Positions 29,661 through 38,595 of a stretch of DNA of 64,000 bases are shown piece by piece. The notes beneath the pieces are model-generated. The model worked only from the letters and a program-made list of their open reading frames with translations, had not been told where the DNA came from and did no database searches. The stretch covers positions 32,001 to 96,000 of the forward strand of contig CAYQCW010000001.1 in the NCBI GenBank assembly GCA_964416155.1, given 5' to 3'. Every line of letters starts with the position of its first letter. The first letter of the stretch is position 1. Position numbers and translations under genes: made by a program. This stretch comes from an uncultured Nitrososphaerota archaeon. GTDB taxonomy: Archaea; Thermoproteota; EX4484-205; JAAOZP01.

Positions 29661-30212
29661 TTGAATTCAAAACTGATCGATATGGATGGCTCCGCATTGC
29701 TGATTGTCGACGTGCAAGAGAAGCTTTTCCCCTTAATGAATAGAAGGGAAGAGATTCTGAGAAACATAGTGAAACTAATAAGGTTTTGCAAAAAATGTGA
29801 AATACCCATCATAGTGACCGAGCAGTATCCTAAGGGACTTGGAAGAACAGTGCAAGAAATAAGGAGTGAGCTTGGATGCATTGAGCCTATTGAAAAGACT
29901 AGTTTCAGCTGTTTCGGCTCTCGAGAATTCAGGAACACCGTGAGAAGGACGAGAGTAAAAACTTTAATAATTGCAGGCATAGAGGCACACGTATGTATAA
30001 TGCAGACGGCGCTTGAGACCCCTGGGAAAATAAGAGCCTGCGTCGTGGCTGATGCCGTCTCCTCCCGCGCAATAGAAAACATCGATCTTGCTTTGCAAAG
30101 GATGAGGGATTCTGGTATTATAATTTCTTCAACAGAAATGGTAATGTATGAATTGTTAAAAGATTCAAAAACAAGAATGTTTAAGGAAGTAAGGGAGCTC
30201 TTGAAAACATAG
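29661..30212 (+). CDS. Isochorismatase-family hydrolase (YcaC/ISOC-like)
   Basis: VDVQEKL, TEQYPKGLGRT, KTSFSC, GIEAHVCI and DAVSSR. Confidence 0.88.
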   Translation: MNSKLIDMDGSALLIVDVQEKLFPLMNRREEILRNIVKLIRFCKKCEIPIIVTEQYPKGLGRTVQEIRSELGCIEPIEKTSFSCFGSREFRNTVRRTRVKTLIIAGIEAHVCIMQTALETPGKIRACVVADAVSSRAIENIDLALQRMRDSGIIISSTEMVMYELLKDSKTRMFKEVRELLKT

Positions 30213-30254
30213 CCCTAATCTTTAACATGGCTAGTTTTTGAGAAAAACACTCCA

Positions 30255-31301
30255 TTAAATCTTTAAACTGCCCTCTAGAGTCGCATTTAAGCCCCCTATG
30301 ATTTCTCTCCGAAGCATCTCCCATATTGCCTTGGCGTATATCTCGGCCTCCTCCCTGCTCACAACCGTTCTGTGCGGAAGGGCCTCGGGCTTAAGATACT
30401 TGCTCGGGTTCTCGCCCCTAGCCTTGATCAGCTCAGCCAGGATGCTCGCCAGATCCGGGGGTTTCTGCGGGTGTATTCTGAGGTTTGCCGCCGCATATAT
30501 CTCCCTGAGCTTCTCAACCCTGATGCTCTTAACCCTGCTGTATGTTGAAAGCATGTGCCCCATCATGTATTCCACCAGGTCGCTGGGCACTCCGTTAGCC
30601 ATGAGCTGCGTGCGGAAGAACTTTCGAAGGCTGTGAACCCTGAGGTCGTACCTCCTCCCGTTCTTTATAATCCTGCTGCCCGCACGGCTGAAAACGCCAG
30701 CCAGTATGTGCCTGGCAGCGTAGGTGCTCAACGGCTTCGGCTTAGAGGATGCGGTTACGAAAAGCGGGGTCTCGTCAGCGATGTTCTCAGGGGGTATTTT
30801 CTCCGTGCCCCTGCGGCGAGCCTCAAGGTAGAGCCTCAAATATTTAACGGCTTCCTCGCCCACGAAAGTATCGTAGTCGCAGACCTTGCCCTTGTTCAAC
30901 GATGCCTCGACATGAATGTGGAGCGGAACCCTGTTGGCCTCCAGGTCCTGCTTCACATGCCTATACTTCAGCATCATGAGGGTTGAGATTCTGAAGCCCC
31001 CGGTCGCCAGCATCGCGATCATAGCCTTCTCCCTGAGGGGGGCGACCTCTATGATGCGTTGAAGCTCCTCCTGGGTTGGAGCCCTGTCCTTGAACGTTGC
31101 CCTCGTGCTGTAGCTTTTCGGAAGCCTTATCTCGACATCGTTAACGTTGAAAAAGGTTTTCACGAAGGCTGAGTAGACGAGCAGAGAGTATGTTGCCAAG
31201 CCCTCAGCCTCCTTCTCCCCCAGCCTTCCTCTCGTATACTTCGAAACACGGGTTGTTTCAGCAATACTCCAAGCCAGGATCCTGCCCTTCTTCGAAGCCA
31301 A
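30255..31301 (-). CDS. Tyrosine recombinase/integrase: catalytic domain intact, N-terminus apparently truncated or chimeric
   Basis: GGFRIS (R), HSLRK (HxxR) and MMGH...Y catalytic residues. The frame stays open upstream to 31553 with non-integrase-like sequence. Confidence 0.85.
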   Translation of the reverse strand: MASKKGRILAWSIAETTRVSKYTRGRLGEKEAEGLATYSLLVYSAFVKTFFNVNDVEIRLPKSYSTRATFKDRAPTQEELQRIIEVAPLREKAMIAMLATGGFRISTLMMLKYRHVKQDLEANRVPLHIHVEASLNKGKVCDYDTFVGEEAVKYLRLYLEARRRGTEKIPPENIADETPLFVTASSKPKPLSTYAARHILAGVFSRAGSRIIKNGRRYDLRVHSLRKFFRTQLMANGVPSDLVEYMMGHMLSTYSRVKSIRVEKLREIYAAANLRIHPQKPPDLASILAELIKARGENPSKYLKPEALPHRTVVSREEAEIYAKAIWEMLRREIIGGLNATLEGSLKI

Positions 31302-31553
31302 GCAGACGGGCAGAACCAGGGTTCCGTTTCTCAGATCTATGATTATGAACGCGTGCAGCCCAACCGTGTCAATCCTGGCTCTCCACCAGAGCCCCCCGTC
31401 GGAATCAGGCTCCAGGGGATGCTTAACTATGAATAACGGTAGCGATTCCAGCCCTTCCAGCGTTACGGCAAGGCTGACCTGATGATCCTGAATCCTTTCT
31501 AAATATGTTTTAAGCAGGGCTTGCCTCCTCGGGGGATAATAGAGTGTAGTCCG

Positions 31554-31929
31554 TCATTTCCTCGCAACCTCCAAGCAAGCGTCACAGATCTAAGTTCTAG
31601 GGTGCTCACGGGTATCGATGCCTCTGAAGAGGTAGCTGTCAACATTGACAACGTACTCCCCCGACAGGGTAAGCGTACTTAGCCTTCCTCTTGCCTCCAA
31701 CCCTCTCAGGGAAAAGGTAGTTGAGAACGCTCATGTAAACGTGCGTGGGAGCATACCTGTTGCAGAGCCTCCAGAGAGCCTTTTGATTAATCCTTCTCCT
31801 CAACGTGTTGAGCTTGATGAACCTCTTGTCACGCGTAACTATTCTAACGTGCTTCTGCCCGAGGTTCCAAGGCAGGGAGGAAGGCGGACGAGTATTCTCG
31901 TAATACCTTTCAACTGGCTCCAGGCGCAT
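31554..31929 (-). pseudogene. Archaeo-eukaryotic primase small subunit (PriS-like) fragment
   Basis: MRLEPVERYY...APTHVYMSVLNYLFPERVG...YPVG, frameshift in a G5 run (31658-31662), then GEYVVNVDSYL...H...*ICDACLEVARK*. This matches the PriS ELVFDID and Zn-binding CxxC region. Confidence 0.68.
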
Positions 31930-32062
31930 CCATGACACCCCCTCCCCAACGGGGAGAGAAGCCTCACCATAAGGAAGCTTGGGGATAAACATTGTTTCAA
32001 CGTGGAGAGAGTTAATGCTGCACATGGTAACGTTGCAGTTTACCTAGGCTATTGATTGTCTC

Positions 32063-32230
32063 CTAAATCCTGATTCCCCTTGCTTTCAACGCTTCTTTCA
32101 ACAACAGCCTGATTGCTTCTGATCTGTAGCTGAATCCTTGGGACGCTTTAACCTTATCTATTCCTGATAACATTTTTCTATCCATTTTGAACGATATTGT
32201 CTCCAGCTTATTACTGTCTTTTCTCCCCAT
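32063..32230 (-). CDS. CopG/ribbon-helix-helix transcriptional regulator (55 aa)
   Basis: Below the ORF-track cutoff. MGRKDSNKLETISFKMDRKMLSGIDKVKASQGFSYRSEAIRLLLKEALKARGIRI* has the beta-strand ISFKM and the RSEAIR helix typical of RHH proteins. Confidence 0.82.
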   Translation of the reverse strand: MGRKDSNKLETISFKMDRKMLSGIDKVKASQGFSYRSEAIRLLLKEALKARGIRI

Positions 32231-32310
32231 GGTCAATATAGATATGACACTTGTATTTAAAGATAATATTGCGTATTTGGAGGTAATACCACATGTTTCA
32301 GGTAAAATTA

Positions 32311-32339
32311 TGCCTCTATAAAGTTTATATTTAGAGGCA
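32311..32339. promoter_or_regulatory. Inverted repeat TGCCTCTA-N13-TAGAGGCA enclosing a TATA box (candidate operator)
   Basis: Perfect 8-bp arms with TTTATATT in the spacer; lies between the divergent RHH and DUF5131 genes. Confidence 0.5.
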
Positions 32340-32362
32340 ACATTAAGTATGATGAAAGTAAA

Positions 32363-33079
32363 ATGGAGGTTGATGAAGCTAAAAAGGGAAAGATGTTTAA
32401 ATTTGTCGGCGAATCATTAAACCCGGTCGTAGGCTGTAAGCATCATTGTTACGGTGGCAGATGCTAGGCTAGACTTTTGTTCATGAAAAACCGTGCAGCC
32501 TACGGGTATGGTTTTAGTTTCGATGATCCGCATTATTTTCCTGAACGGTTGGAAAAAATAGGAAAGCTGAAGGAGGTTGTGTTCGTCTGCTGCATGGCCG
32601 ATCTTTTCGGCGAATGGGTGAATCGGAATGGATAAACGAAATATTGGATGCGTTGAACAGGAATAAGCATGTCACTTGGTTTTTTGAGACGAAAAATCCG
32701 GAGAGATATTTCGAGTTTCTGGACAGAATTCCTAGGAACTCAGTGTTGTCGGCAACCATAGAGACAAACAGGGACTATGAAACATGGAATGCGCCGAGCA
32801 GGGGTAAGAGGATAAAGACGATGATTGATCTTAAATGGGAGAAAAAAACACATATCTATTGAGCCCATCATGGATTTTGACGTGGATATTATGGTTGAAA
32901 CCATTAAACATATCGATCCTGTTTTAGTAAGTGTCGGCTACGATAATTATCATGCTGGTCTAGTTGAACCGGAGTTGGAAAAGACTAACGATTTAATAGC
33001 GAAGCTTGAGGGCTTCGTTAAGGTTGAGAAGAAGGAGGTGAGGGAGAAATGCGAAAAACCCTTCGCACGTATGAAGTAA
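32363..33079 (+). pseudogene. DUF5131 (phage Gp37/Gp68-like) family pseudogene
   Basis: MFKFVGESLNPVVGCKHHCYGGRC*A (TAG at 32465 where W/Y is expected), FVCCMADLFGEWV, frameshift at about 32620, ETKNPERY...ATIETN, frameshift in the A-run at about 32845, ISIEPIMDFD. Confidence 0.8.
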
Positions 33080-33213
33080 TGCTGCGGTTCTACGTCAAAG
33101 CAAAAGACAAATCGGAAGCCTGGCTGCTCTTGCAGCAGATAGGCGAGAGAATAGCCGACGAGTTTAAGGAGGTGGTTGAAGCCCAGCCGTTTGACGTAGA
33201 AGAACCGTATTGA
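33049..33213 (+). CDS. Small hypothetical protein (54 aa) of the mobile element
   Basis: MRKTLRTYEVMLRFYVKAKDKSEAWLLLQQIGERIADEFKEVVEAQPFDVEEPY*, preceded by GGAGGTGA SD and followed by T tracts. Confidence 0.55.
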   Translation: MRKTLRTYEVMLRFYVKAKDKSEAWLLLQQIGERIADEFKEVVEAQPFDVEEPY

Positions 33214-33224
33214 AAAACCCGTTC

Positions 33225-33246
33225 CTTTTTTTTCTACGGTTTTTTG
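33225..33246 (+). terminator. Oligo-T terminator-like tract
   Basis: CCTTTTTTTTCTACGGTTTTTT just after the stop at 33213. Confidence 0.5.
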
Positions 33247-33356
33247 CTGCGACTCAGGATCGCTGCGATTCGCTCGGCTTCACACACGTGTGAAGGGCTA
33301 TGGTGAAAGAGGGCAGCCGAAGAGCCTTCGCCCAGTTTTAAATGTGAACTCGAGTT

Positions 33357-34139
33357 TTGTTAAAAATTTTAATTAGGAGGATAATGCTTCAAACAGTGAT
33401 GCAGACAGATAAAAGGCTGATAGTGGATGCGAACACTGTCTTCGGCGCATACCCGAAAAGGAAAACAGACGTTTCGCTTACAAATCTCTTGAGGACGATG
33501 AATCTTAACGGGATTGAAAAAGCCCTGACAGCCTCCCTGAAAGGAGCTTTCTACAGCTATGAAGAAGGAAACGAGGAAACCCTTAAGGCATGCGACGCGG
33601 ACAAGAGGCTTATTCCCCTAGCTACAGTCGACCCCAGAAGGTTTGTAGGTGGGAGTAGGGAGATTAAAAACCTTCTCAGACGCGGTTTTAAAGGTATTAG
33701 ACTTTTCAAAGATATTCAAGGCTACCCGCTCGACTATTCCCCAGTAATCGAAATCATTGAGAGCATGGAGGGATTGGGAGTGCCGCTCCTTGTTCCCTGC
33801 AACGAATACGGGTGTATAACACTCTTGTCGAGACTTACTGCAGAGAAAGACTATCCCGTGATAGTTCTCGGATGCACATATTCTCTTCTAAGTGAATTCA
33901 TAGTTTCAGCAAGGAGAAATAAGAACCTGTATGTTGAAACCCGTCTTCTAGCCTCTTCCGACGCTATTGAGGTTCTTGTTGAAAAAGTCGGGGCCAGCAG
34001 GCTCATATTCGGCTCCGGAATAAATCTCGAATACTTTCAGGCCTCCTACAGGATGGTTGAATCAGCCAAAATCCGGGAAGAAGACAAAAACTTGATTCTC
34101 GGCGGAAACATTCTCAGAATTCTTAAGGAGGCTGGTTGA
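33357..34139 (+). CDS. Amidohydrolase-2 family protein with degenerate metal ligands
   Basis: TIM-barrel pattern GFKGIRL, NLYVET, RLIFGS and ILGGNILR; DANT replaces DxHxH and FGSG replaces FGSD. Start probably 33384 or 33399. Confidence 0.8.
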   Translation: MLKILIRRIMLQTVMQTDKRLIVDANTVFGAYPKRKTDVSLTNLLRTMNLNGIEKALTASLKGAFYSYEEGNEETLKACDADKRLIPLATVDPRRFVGGSREIKNLLRRGFKGIRLFKDIQGYPLDYSPVIEIIESMEGLGVPLLVPCNEYGCITLLSRLTAEKDYPVIVLGCTYSLLSEFIVSARRNKNLYVETRLLASSDAIEVLVEKVGASRLIFGSGINLEYFQASYRMVESAKIREEDKNLILGGNILRILKEAG

Positions 34140-34155
34140 TACGCCCATTGTAGAC

Positions 34156-34893
34156 GTGCATGCCCACTACGGCGAATGGTTCTTCCCGATATACAGGTCG
34201 GCGAAGAAGGATATAGAGGAGATGATGAACCGCCACGGTATCGAGAAAATCATCCTATCCTCAAGTAAGGCAATAACCTATGACCTGGTGGAGGGAAACA
34301 TGGATTTAAGCAGGATCCTCGATTCAAACAAAGGTTTATACGGCTACGTGTATGTTAACCCGAATTACCCTGAGCTCTCTAAAGCTGAAATTGAGAAGTA
34401 TCTTGGCAACCCGCTTATCAAGGGCGTTGGCGAAATACATCCGGATTACTCTGGTGTTTCAGTAGACTCGGAGGAAAGTGTCTCGGTGATAAGGGAGGCA
34501 GCCGAATACCAGAAGCCGTTCCTAATACATACTTACAGTTTAGAGAACGTAAGAGCACTTGTCGAACTCGTTAAAAAGGTTCCTGACAACATATTCATAG
34601 CTGGACACATGGGTGGAACAGTTGGGTCTGGAACAGGGTTAAGCTGGAAGAAGGCGATTGACGCCGCTAAAGAGTATTCAAACATTTATTTAGAGATATG
34701 CATGACCCTTTTTGAAAAAGGGAAGCTTGAGGAAGCTGTTGACAAAGTGGGCGCGGACAAGATCATGTTCGGCAGTGACTTAACATTGTTAAGCCCTGCC
34801 CATACGATCGGCATGGTTCTAGGCTCGGAGATCTCGAGGAACGATAGAGAAAAAATATTCTATTTAAACGCTAAAAGGGTTTTCAGGCTTTAG
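34156..34893 (+). CDS. Amidohydrolase-2 family metallohydrolase
   Basis: (IVD)VHAH, GEIHP, LIHT, GHMGG and FGSD. True start lies upstream (in-frame CTG at 34132), overlapping the previous stop. Confidence 0.87.
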   Translation: MHAHYGEWFFPIYRSAKKDIEEMMNRHGIEKIILSSSKAITYDLVEGNMDLSRILDSNKGLYGYVYVNPNYPELSKAEIEKYLGNPLIKGVGEIHPDYSGVSVDSEESVSVIREAAEYQKPFLIHTYSLENVRALVELVKKVPDNIFIAGHMGGTVGSGTGLSWKKAIDAAKEYSNIYLEICMTLFEKGKLEEAVDKVGADKIMFGSDLTLLSPAHTIGMVLGSEISRNDREKIFYLNAKRVFRL

Positions 34894-36127
34894 GGTTCGC
34901 CCTATAATAGCGTGCCACCTTGCTTATAGCCTTAAATATGTCGTTAACATCCTCGTCAGTGTAAAACTCGTTCACAGGTATCGTTATCAATTCTCTAAGA
35001 ACCTTCTCCGCATTCGGGCATTCTCCCTCCCTATACTGGATCCTCCTGTTGTAGCGCGGACAGTCGAATGGGCAGTGCGAGGAACCGTACGTAGCCTGAT
35101 CCTTAAGAATGCTAAACATGTAGAGCGGCTTCTTAATGTATCCTGTAGAAGCCGGTATCCCTTCTGCTGAAACAGCTTTAGCAAACTCCTCCGGAGTAGC
35201 CTTAATGGTTTCAGCGTCGATCGTTAAAGGGTAAAGCCAGTATGAATGCTTCGACCTGGGCAGGGTTTTTGGAGGATTCACCCCTTCAACCTCGCTTAAA
35301 AGCTTCGTTAAAGTATCCCCCACCCTTCTTCTCCTAGCAACAATGTCCCGCACCTTGCGCAACTGGGCTAGCGCCACGGCCCCCTGGAGTTCAGTCATCC
35401 TGTAATTTATAGCTAGGAAAAGATACCCCCTATCCCCAGCCTGACCCCTAGGCCAAGCCTTATCCGCGAATAGACGCGCCCTTTCAGCAAGCTCATCATC
35501 AACCGTAATAGTTATTCCACCGTCTCCACAAGTCATCTGCTTCGACTGCTGGAGGCTGAAGCAGCCTAGATCACCCATTGTTCCCGCCAGCCTACCCTTA
35601 TACTCGGCTAAATGGGCTTGAGAAGCATCTTCAATCAAATAAAGCCCATGCTCCCTGCAGATTTCCACGAGCGGATCCATGTCGCAACATTGGCCGAAGA
35701 GATGTATAGCGATGACTGCAACAGTCCTGTCGGTTATTTTTCTCTCCACGTCTTCAGGATCCAGCCCGTAGGTCTCGGGGTCGATATCGGCGAAAACAGG
35801 GATACAGTTCTGCCAGAGGATTGGAACTATGCTCCCAATGTCGCTTATAGGGCCAGTTATTATCTCTGAGCAGGGTTCAGGGTTAATCGCTCCTAAAGCA
35901 ACGTGTATCGAGGCTGTTCCAGAAGTTGAGGCAACACCATGCTTAGCACCGTAGAGCATTGCAAACTCCTTTTCGAAGGCTGAAACCTTCGTCCCGCCCA
36001 CTCTGTTTAAATTACCGGACCAGATTACGTCAACAAGCTCCTTCATCTCCTCGCTTCCAATATCCCTCCTGCTCGGAAGCTCTTTCAACCGGGTTCTTAG
36101 ACCACCGTTAATAGCTAACTCTTCCAA
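34883..36127 (-). CDS. DegT/DnrJ/EryC1/StrS sugar aminotransferase
   Basis: SGTAS, PVFADID, IEDASQAH, FSLQQSKQMTCGDGG (PLP Lys) and NYRMTELQGA. Confidence 0.92.
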   Translation of the reverse strand: MEELAINGGLRTRLKELPSRRDIGSEEMKELVDVIWSGNLNRVGGTKVSAFEKEFAMLYGAKHGVASTSGTASIHVALGAINPEPCSEIITGPISDIGSIVPILWQNCIPVFADIDPETYGLDPEDVERKITDRTVAVIAIHLFGQCCDMDPLVEICREHGLYLIEDASQAHLAEYKGRLAGTMGDLGCFSLQQSKQMTCGDGGITITVDDELAERARLFADKAWPRGQAGDRGYLFLAINYRMTELQGAVALAQLRKVRDIVARRRRVGDTLTKLLSEVEGVNPPKTLPRSKHSYWLYPLTIDAETIKATPEEFAKAVSAEGIPASTGYIKKPLYMFSILKDQATYGSSHCPFDCPRYNRRIQYREGECPNAEKVLRELITIPVNEFYTDEDVNDIFKAISKVARYYRANPKA

Positions 36128-36217
36128 TCTACGCTAACTCCACCTCTCCGATTCAATTAAAGGTTTTCTAGGCTCGTTAAAAATCTTTATTAATCGAGAT
36201 GCTTCGGAGCCCGAAGA

Positions 36218-38461
36218 ATGGCGGCTAAGAAAGAATACTTAGATTTCGTTAACAAGTATTATGAAGAACTATTGAGGAACTATGAGCAGTCTTTGAAAGA
36301 GTGGGAGAAAAGGATGGAAACCGCTGATTCCTTCGACCCTCCCATGGTTCCGGTTGCACGCGCTCTAGTTGAAGGCTTTCTTTATCACGTTACAGGAAAC
36401 AAGGAATATGCTAAAAAAGCGAGGGAAGCAATGCTCACTTATCAGAAGCTACCCGATATGGTTCCAGACCGCATGAGAAGAATGCCGAAATATGCTAAAG
36501 GCATTCGCCCAATGTTGAATTGGTTTGGAGGAGTCACCCTGTTTCTACGAGCCTACGAGTTCATACGGAATAGCGGGGTTATCAGGCCGGAGGATAGGGA
36601 GGTGTTTAAGCAGATAGTTGGAAATAGTCTTGAACCATTCTTCTCCTTCCCGGAGTGGGGGCCGCACAACCGTGCGATTAAAAGGGGATTAGCACTAGCC
36701 TATGCTGCAAAAATATTCCCAGACCATCCTGATGCTTGGAAATGGAACAAGCTTGGGAAACTCATGGTCAAACCCAGTCTGGAACACTGGTCGCTTGAAG
36801 ACAGTGAGCTCTACGTCCCAATCTGGCTCTCAGACCTACTGCTATATCTAGATGTTACGGGAGACCGTGAAGTGCTCGACTCACCCATTATGAAATACTA
36901 TTTCCACTATTTCACAAACCTGCTATGCCCGCTTGGAATGATCCCGGATTTCGGGGATGCGACGTGGGGTGCAAACGCTGAGCTGTACTTAGCAATATTG
37001 GAGAAGGGGGCCAGCACATATAGGGATCCCTATATGAAGTATGCCGCGGACAAAACCTTCAGGTTTGCCCTTAAGGAGAAAAGGCTGGGCGTCTACGCCA
37101 TATTCGCATACCTTTGGTCAGACGATAGTGTTGAAGCCAAGGTTCCAGCGTCCTGTAGCCAGGAGGTTCTGGACGAGGCTATTGGGAAGAAGATTGTTTT
37201 CAGAGAAGGCTGGGATGAGAACGCAACCTACATGCTTCTCAACTATATGGATGAGGGAGACATCGGCTGGTACTATAAAGAGCATTTGCGTAACACTCTT
37301 GTAGTAACCGCGGAGAAGATGCATCATGGTCATGCGGACGAAAACTCTATCGTTACCCTCATTAAAAATGGGGCTTTCCTGCTTCACGACGGGGGTTATC
37401 GGGAGGCTCTGCCAAACGGGGCCTACAGGGCGGATGTTTATCATAACCGTGTAGTCGTTCGGCATGGAAGACCATCAGGTCAAAGGCTTTTCGAATTCCT
37501 TCACGATAAGGGGGTTTACCAGCCTGTTAGAACTAGGAGGGTTCATTTCAAAACATTCCAAGACGTTGACGTAAGCAGGACTGAAGTTATAGATGATAAG
37601 AACGGGTACCATTGGGATAGGGTCGTTACATATTTGAAGGATTTGAAAGCATTCGTAATCCATGACGGGGTGAAGCTTCTAAGAGACGGCGAGTTCACAG
37701 TCAGCAATCTACTATGGACCCAGAACATTCATGCGGCTGGTGAAGAATATTTCGACACTTCAATCGACCTAATAGGTATGGTTGGAGCAATGAACAATGC
37801 GAAGATAACTCTCGAGGAGAGGAAAAGTCTCGCATGGCCTAATAAGAAGGGGGAGAGGCTTCTGATCTATTTCCACCCTGATGGGAACAAGACGCAGGGG
37901 GTCGACGAGACCATGCGATGCTATCTTCCTGAGAAATGCGTCTACCAGACTTATTCCAACCATTTCAAAAAGGGCGAATACGCCTCCTTCACAACTTTCC
38001 TATGGCCTCACAGGGAGGACGAGGCTATTGACGCTATGCTTGGGAAACTTAAGCAAGTCAACGTAGACAAGTATCCGAATGCCACTGCTATAAGGATAGA
38101 GCAGCCCAACGGGGCAACATATGTATGTGTTAAGCATGACCTCTCCATCGGGCTAGTTAGACCCGAGGTTAGACCCACCTACACGTATGAAGCGGGGGAA
38201 ACTCGATACGGCGAGTTTGCAACCGATGCAGCCTACCTCTACGCGAGGCTTAACGGTAACTTGTTAAAATACGCTTTCATAGATGGGATGAAGCTTCTAT
38301 TCAGAAATAGGAGGATCTTCTCCTCCGAGGAGCCGAGTGTTATCGACCTTGCTCACCGGCCAGATATTGACCGCAAAGGAACGTTTAAGACTGAGAAGGA
38401 ATACTGGAAGTTTGAGCTTAAAACGAAGTGGGATTCATGGGAAGACGAGATTAAGGTTTGA
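36218..38461 (+). CDS. Heparinase II/III-like (oligosaccharide lyase-like) cytoplasmic protein
   Basis: Helical N-half with HNRAIKRG and IPDFGDA; C-half with FREGW, HGHADENS and YHNRVVV; no signal peptide; TATA at 36186. Confidence 0.6.
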   Translation: MAAKKEYLDFVNKYYEELLRNYEQSLKEWEKRMETADSFDPPMVPVARALVEGFLYHVTGNKEYAKKAREAMLTYQKLPDMVPDRMRRMPKYAKGIRPMLNWFGGVTLFLRAYEFIRNSGVIRPEDREVFKQIVGNSLEPFFSFPEWGPHNRAIKRGLALAYAAKIFPDHPDAWKWNKLGKLMVKPSLEHWSLEDSELYVPIWLSDLLLYLDVTGDREVLDSPIMKYYFHYFTNLLCPLGMIPDFGDATWGANAELYLAILEKGASTYRDPYMKYAADKTFRFALKEKRLGVYAIFAYLWSDDSVEAKVPASCSQEVLDEAIGKKIVFREGWDENATYMLLNYMDEGDIGWYYKEHLRNTLVVTAEKMHHGHADENSIVTLIKNGAFLLHDGGYREALPNGAYRADVYHNRVVVRHGRPSGQRLFEFLHDKGVYQPVRTRRVHFKTFQDVDVSRTEVIDDKNGYHWDRVVTYLKDLKAFVIHDGVKLLRDGEFTVSNLLWTQNIHAAGEEYFDTSIDLIGMVGAMNNAKITLEERKSLAWPNKKGERLLIYFHPDGNKTQGVDETMRCYLPEKCVYQTYSNHFKKGEYASFTTFLWPHREDEAIDAMLGKLKQVNVDKYPNATAIRIEQPNGATYVCVKHDLSIGLVRPEVRPTYTYEAGETRYGEFATDAAYLYARLNGNLLKYAFIDGMKLLFRNRRIFSSEEPSVIDLAHRPDIDRKGTFKTEKEYWKFELKTKWDSWEDEIKV

Positions 38462-38595
38462 ACCACGTAAAAACGTTAAAGCATAGCTAAACCCAGCATG
38501 TTAACTCTTCATAATAACCGCTGAACATAGAACCATGCAAACCCTTTAGAAACTCACCACTGCTAGGCTTCAAAAAACATATATGCAGGTCTTGT

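Larger units (their letters stand above)
30250..33350. mobile_element. Degenerate integrated plasmid/provirus remnant
   Basis: Cluster of tyrosine recombinase, PriS-like pseudogene, RHH regulator, DUF5131 pseudogene and a small ORF interrupting metabolic genes. Boundaries are approximate and no att repeat was found. Confidence 0.72.

Noticed and set aside
32349-32395. ATGATGA...TTGATGA resembling C and C' boxes of a C/D sRNA
   Set aside because: No CTGA D box at the expected spacing, and it overlaps the DUF5131 start region.
30254-33373. Loose inverted similarity between 30254-30290 and 33338-33373 (TTAAATGYGA...TTTAAT) as element termini
   Set aside because: AT-rich, needs gaps and several mismatches, and tyrosine integrases normally leave direct repeats. 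It cannot be distinguished from chance by eye.
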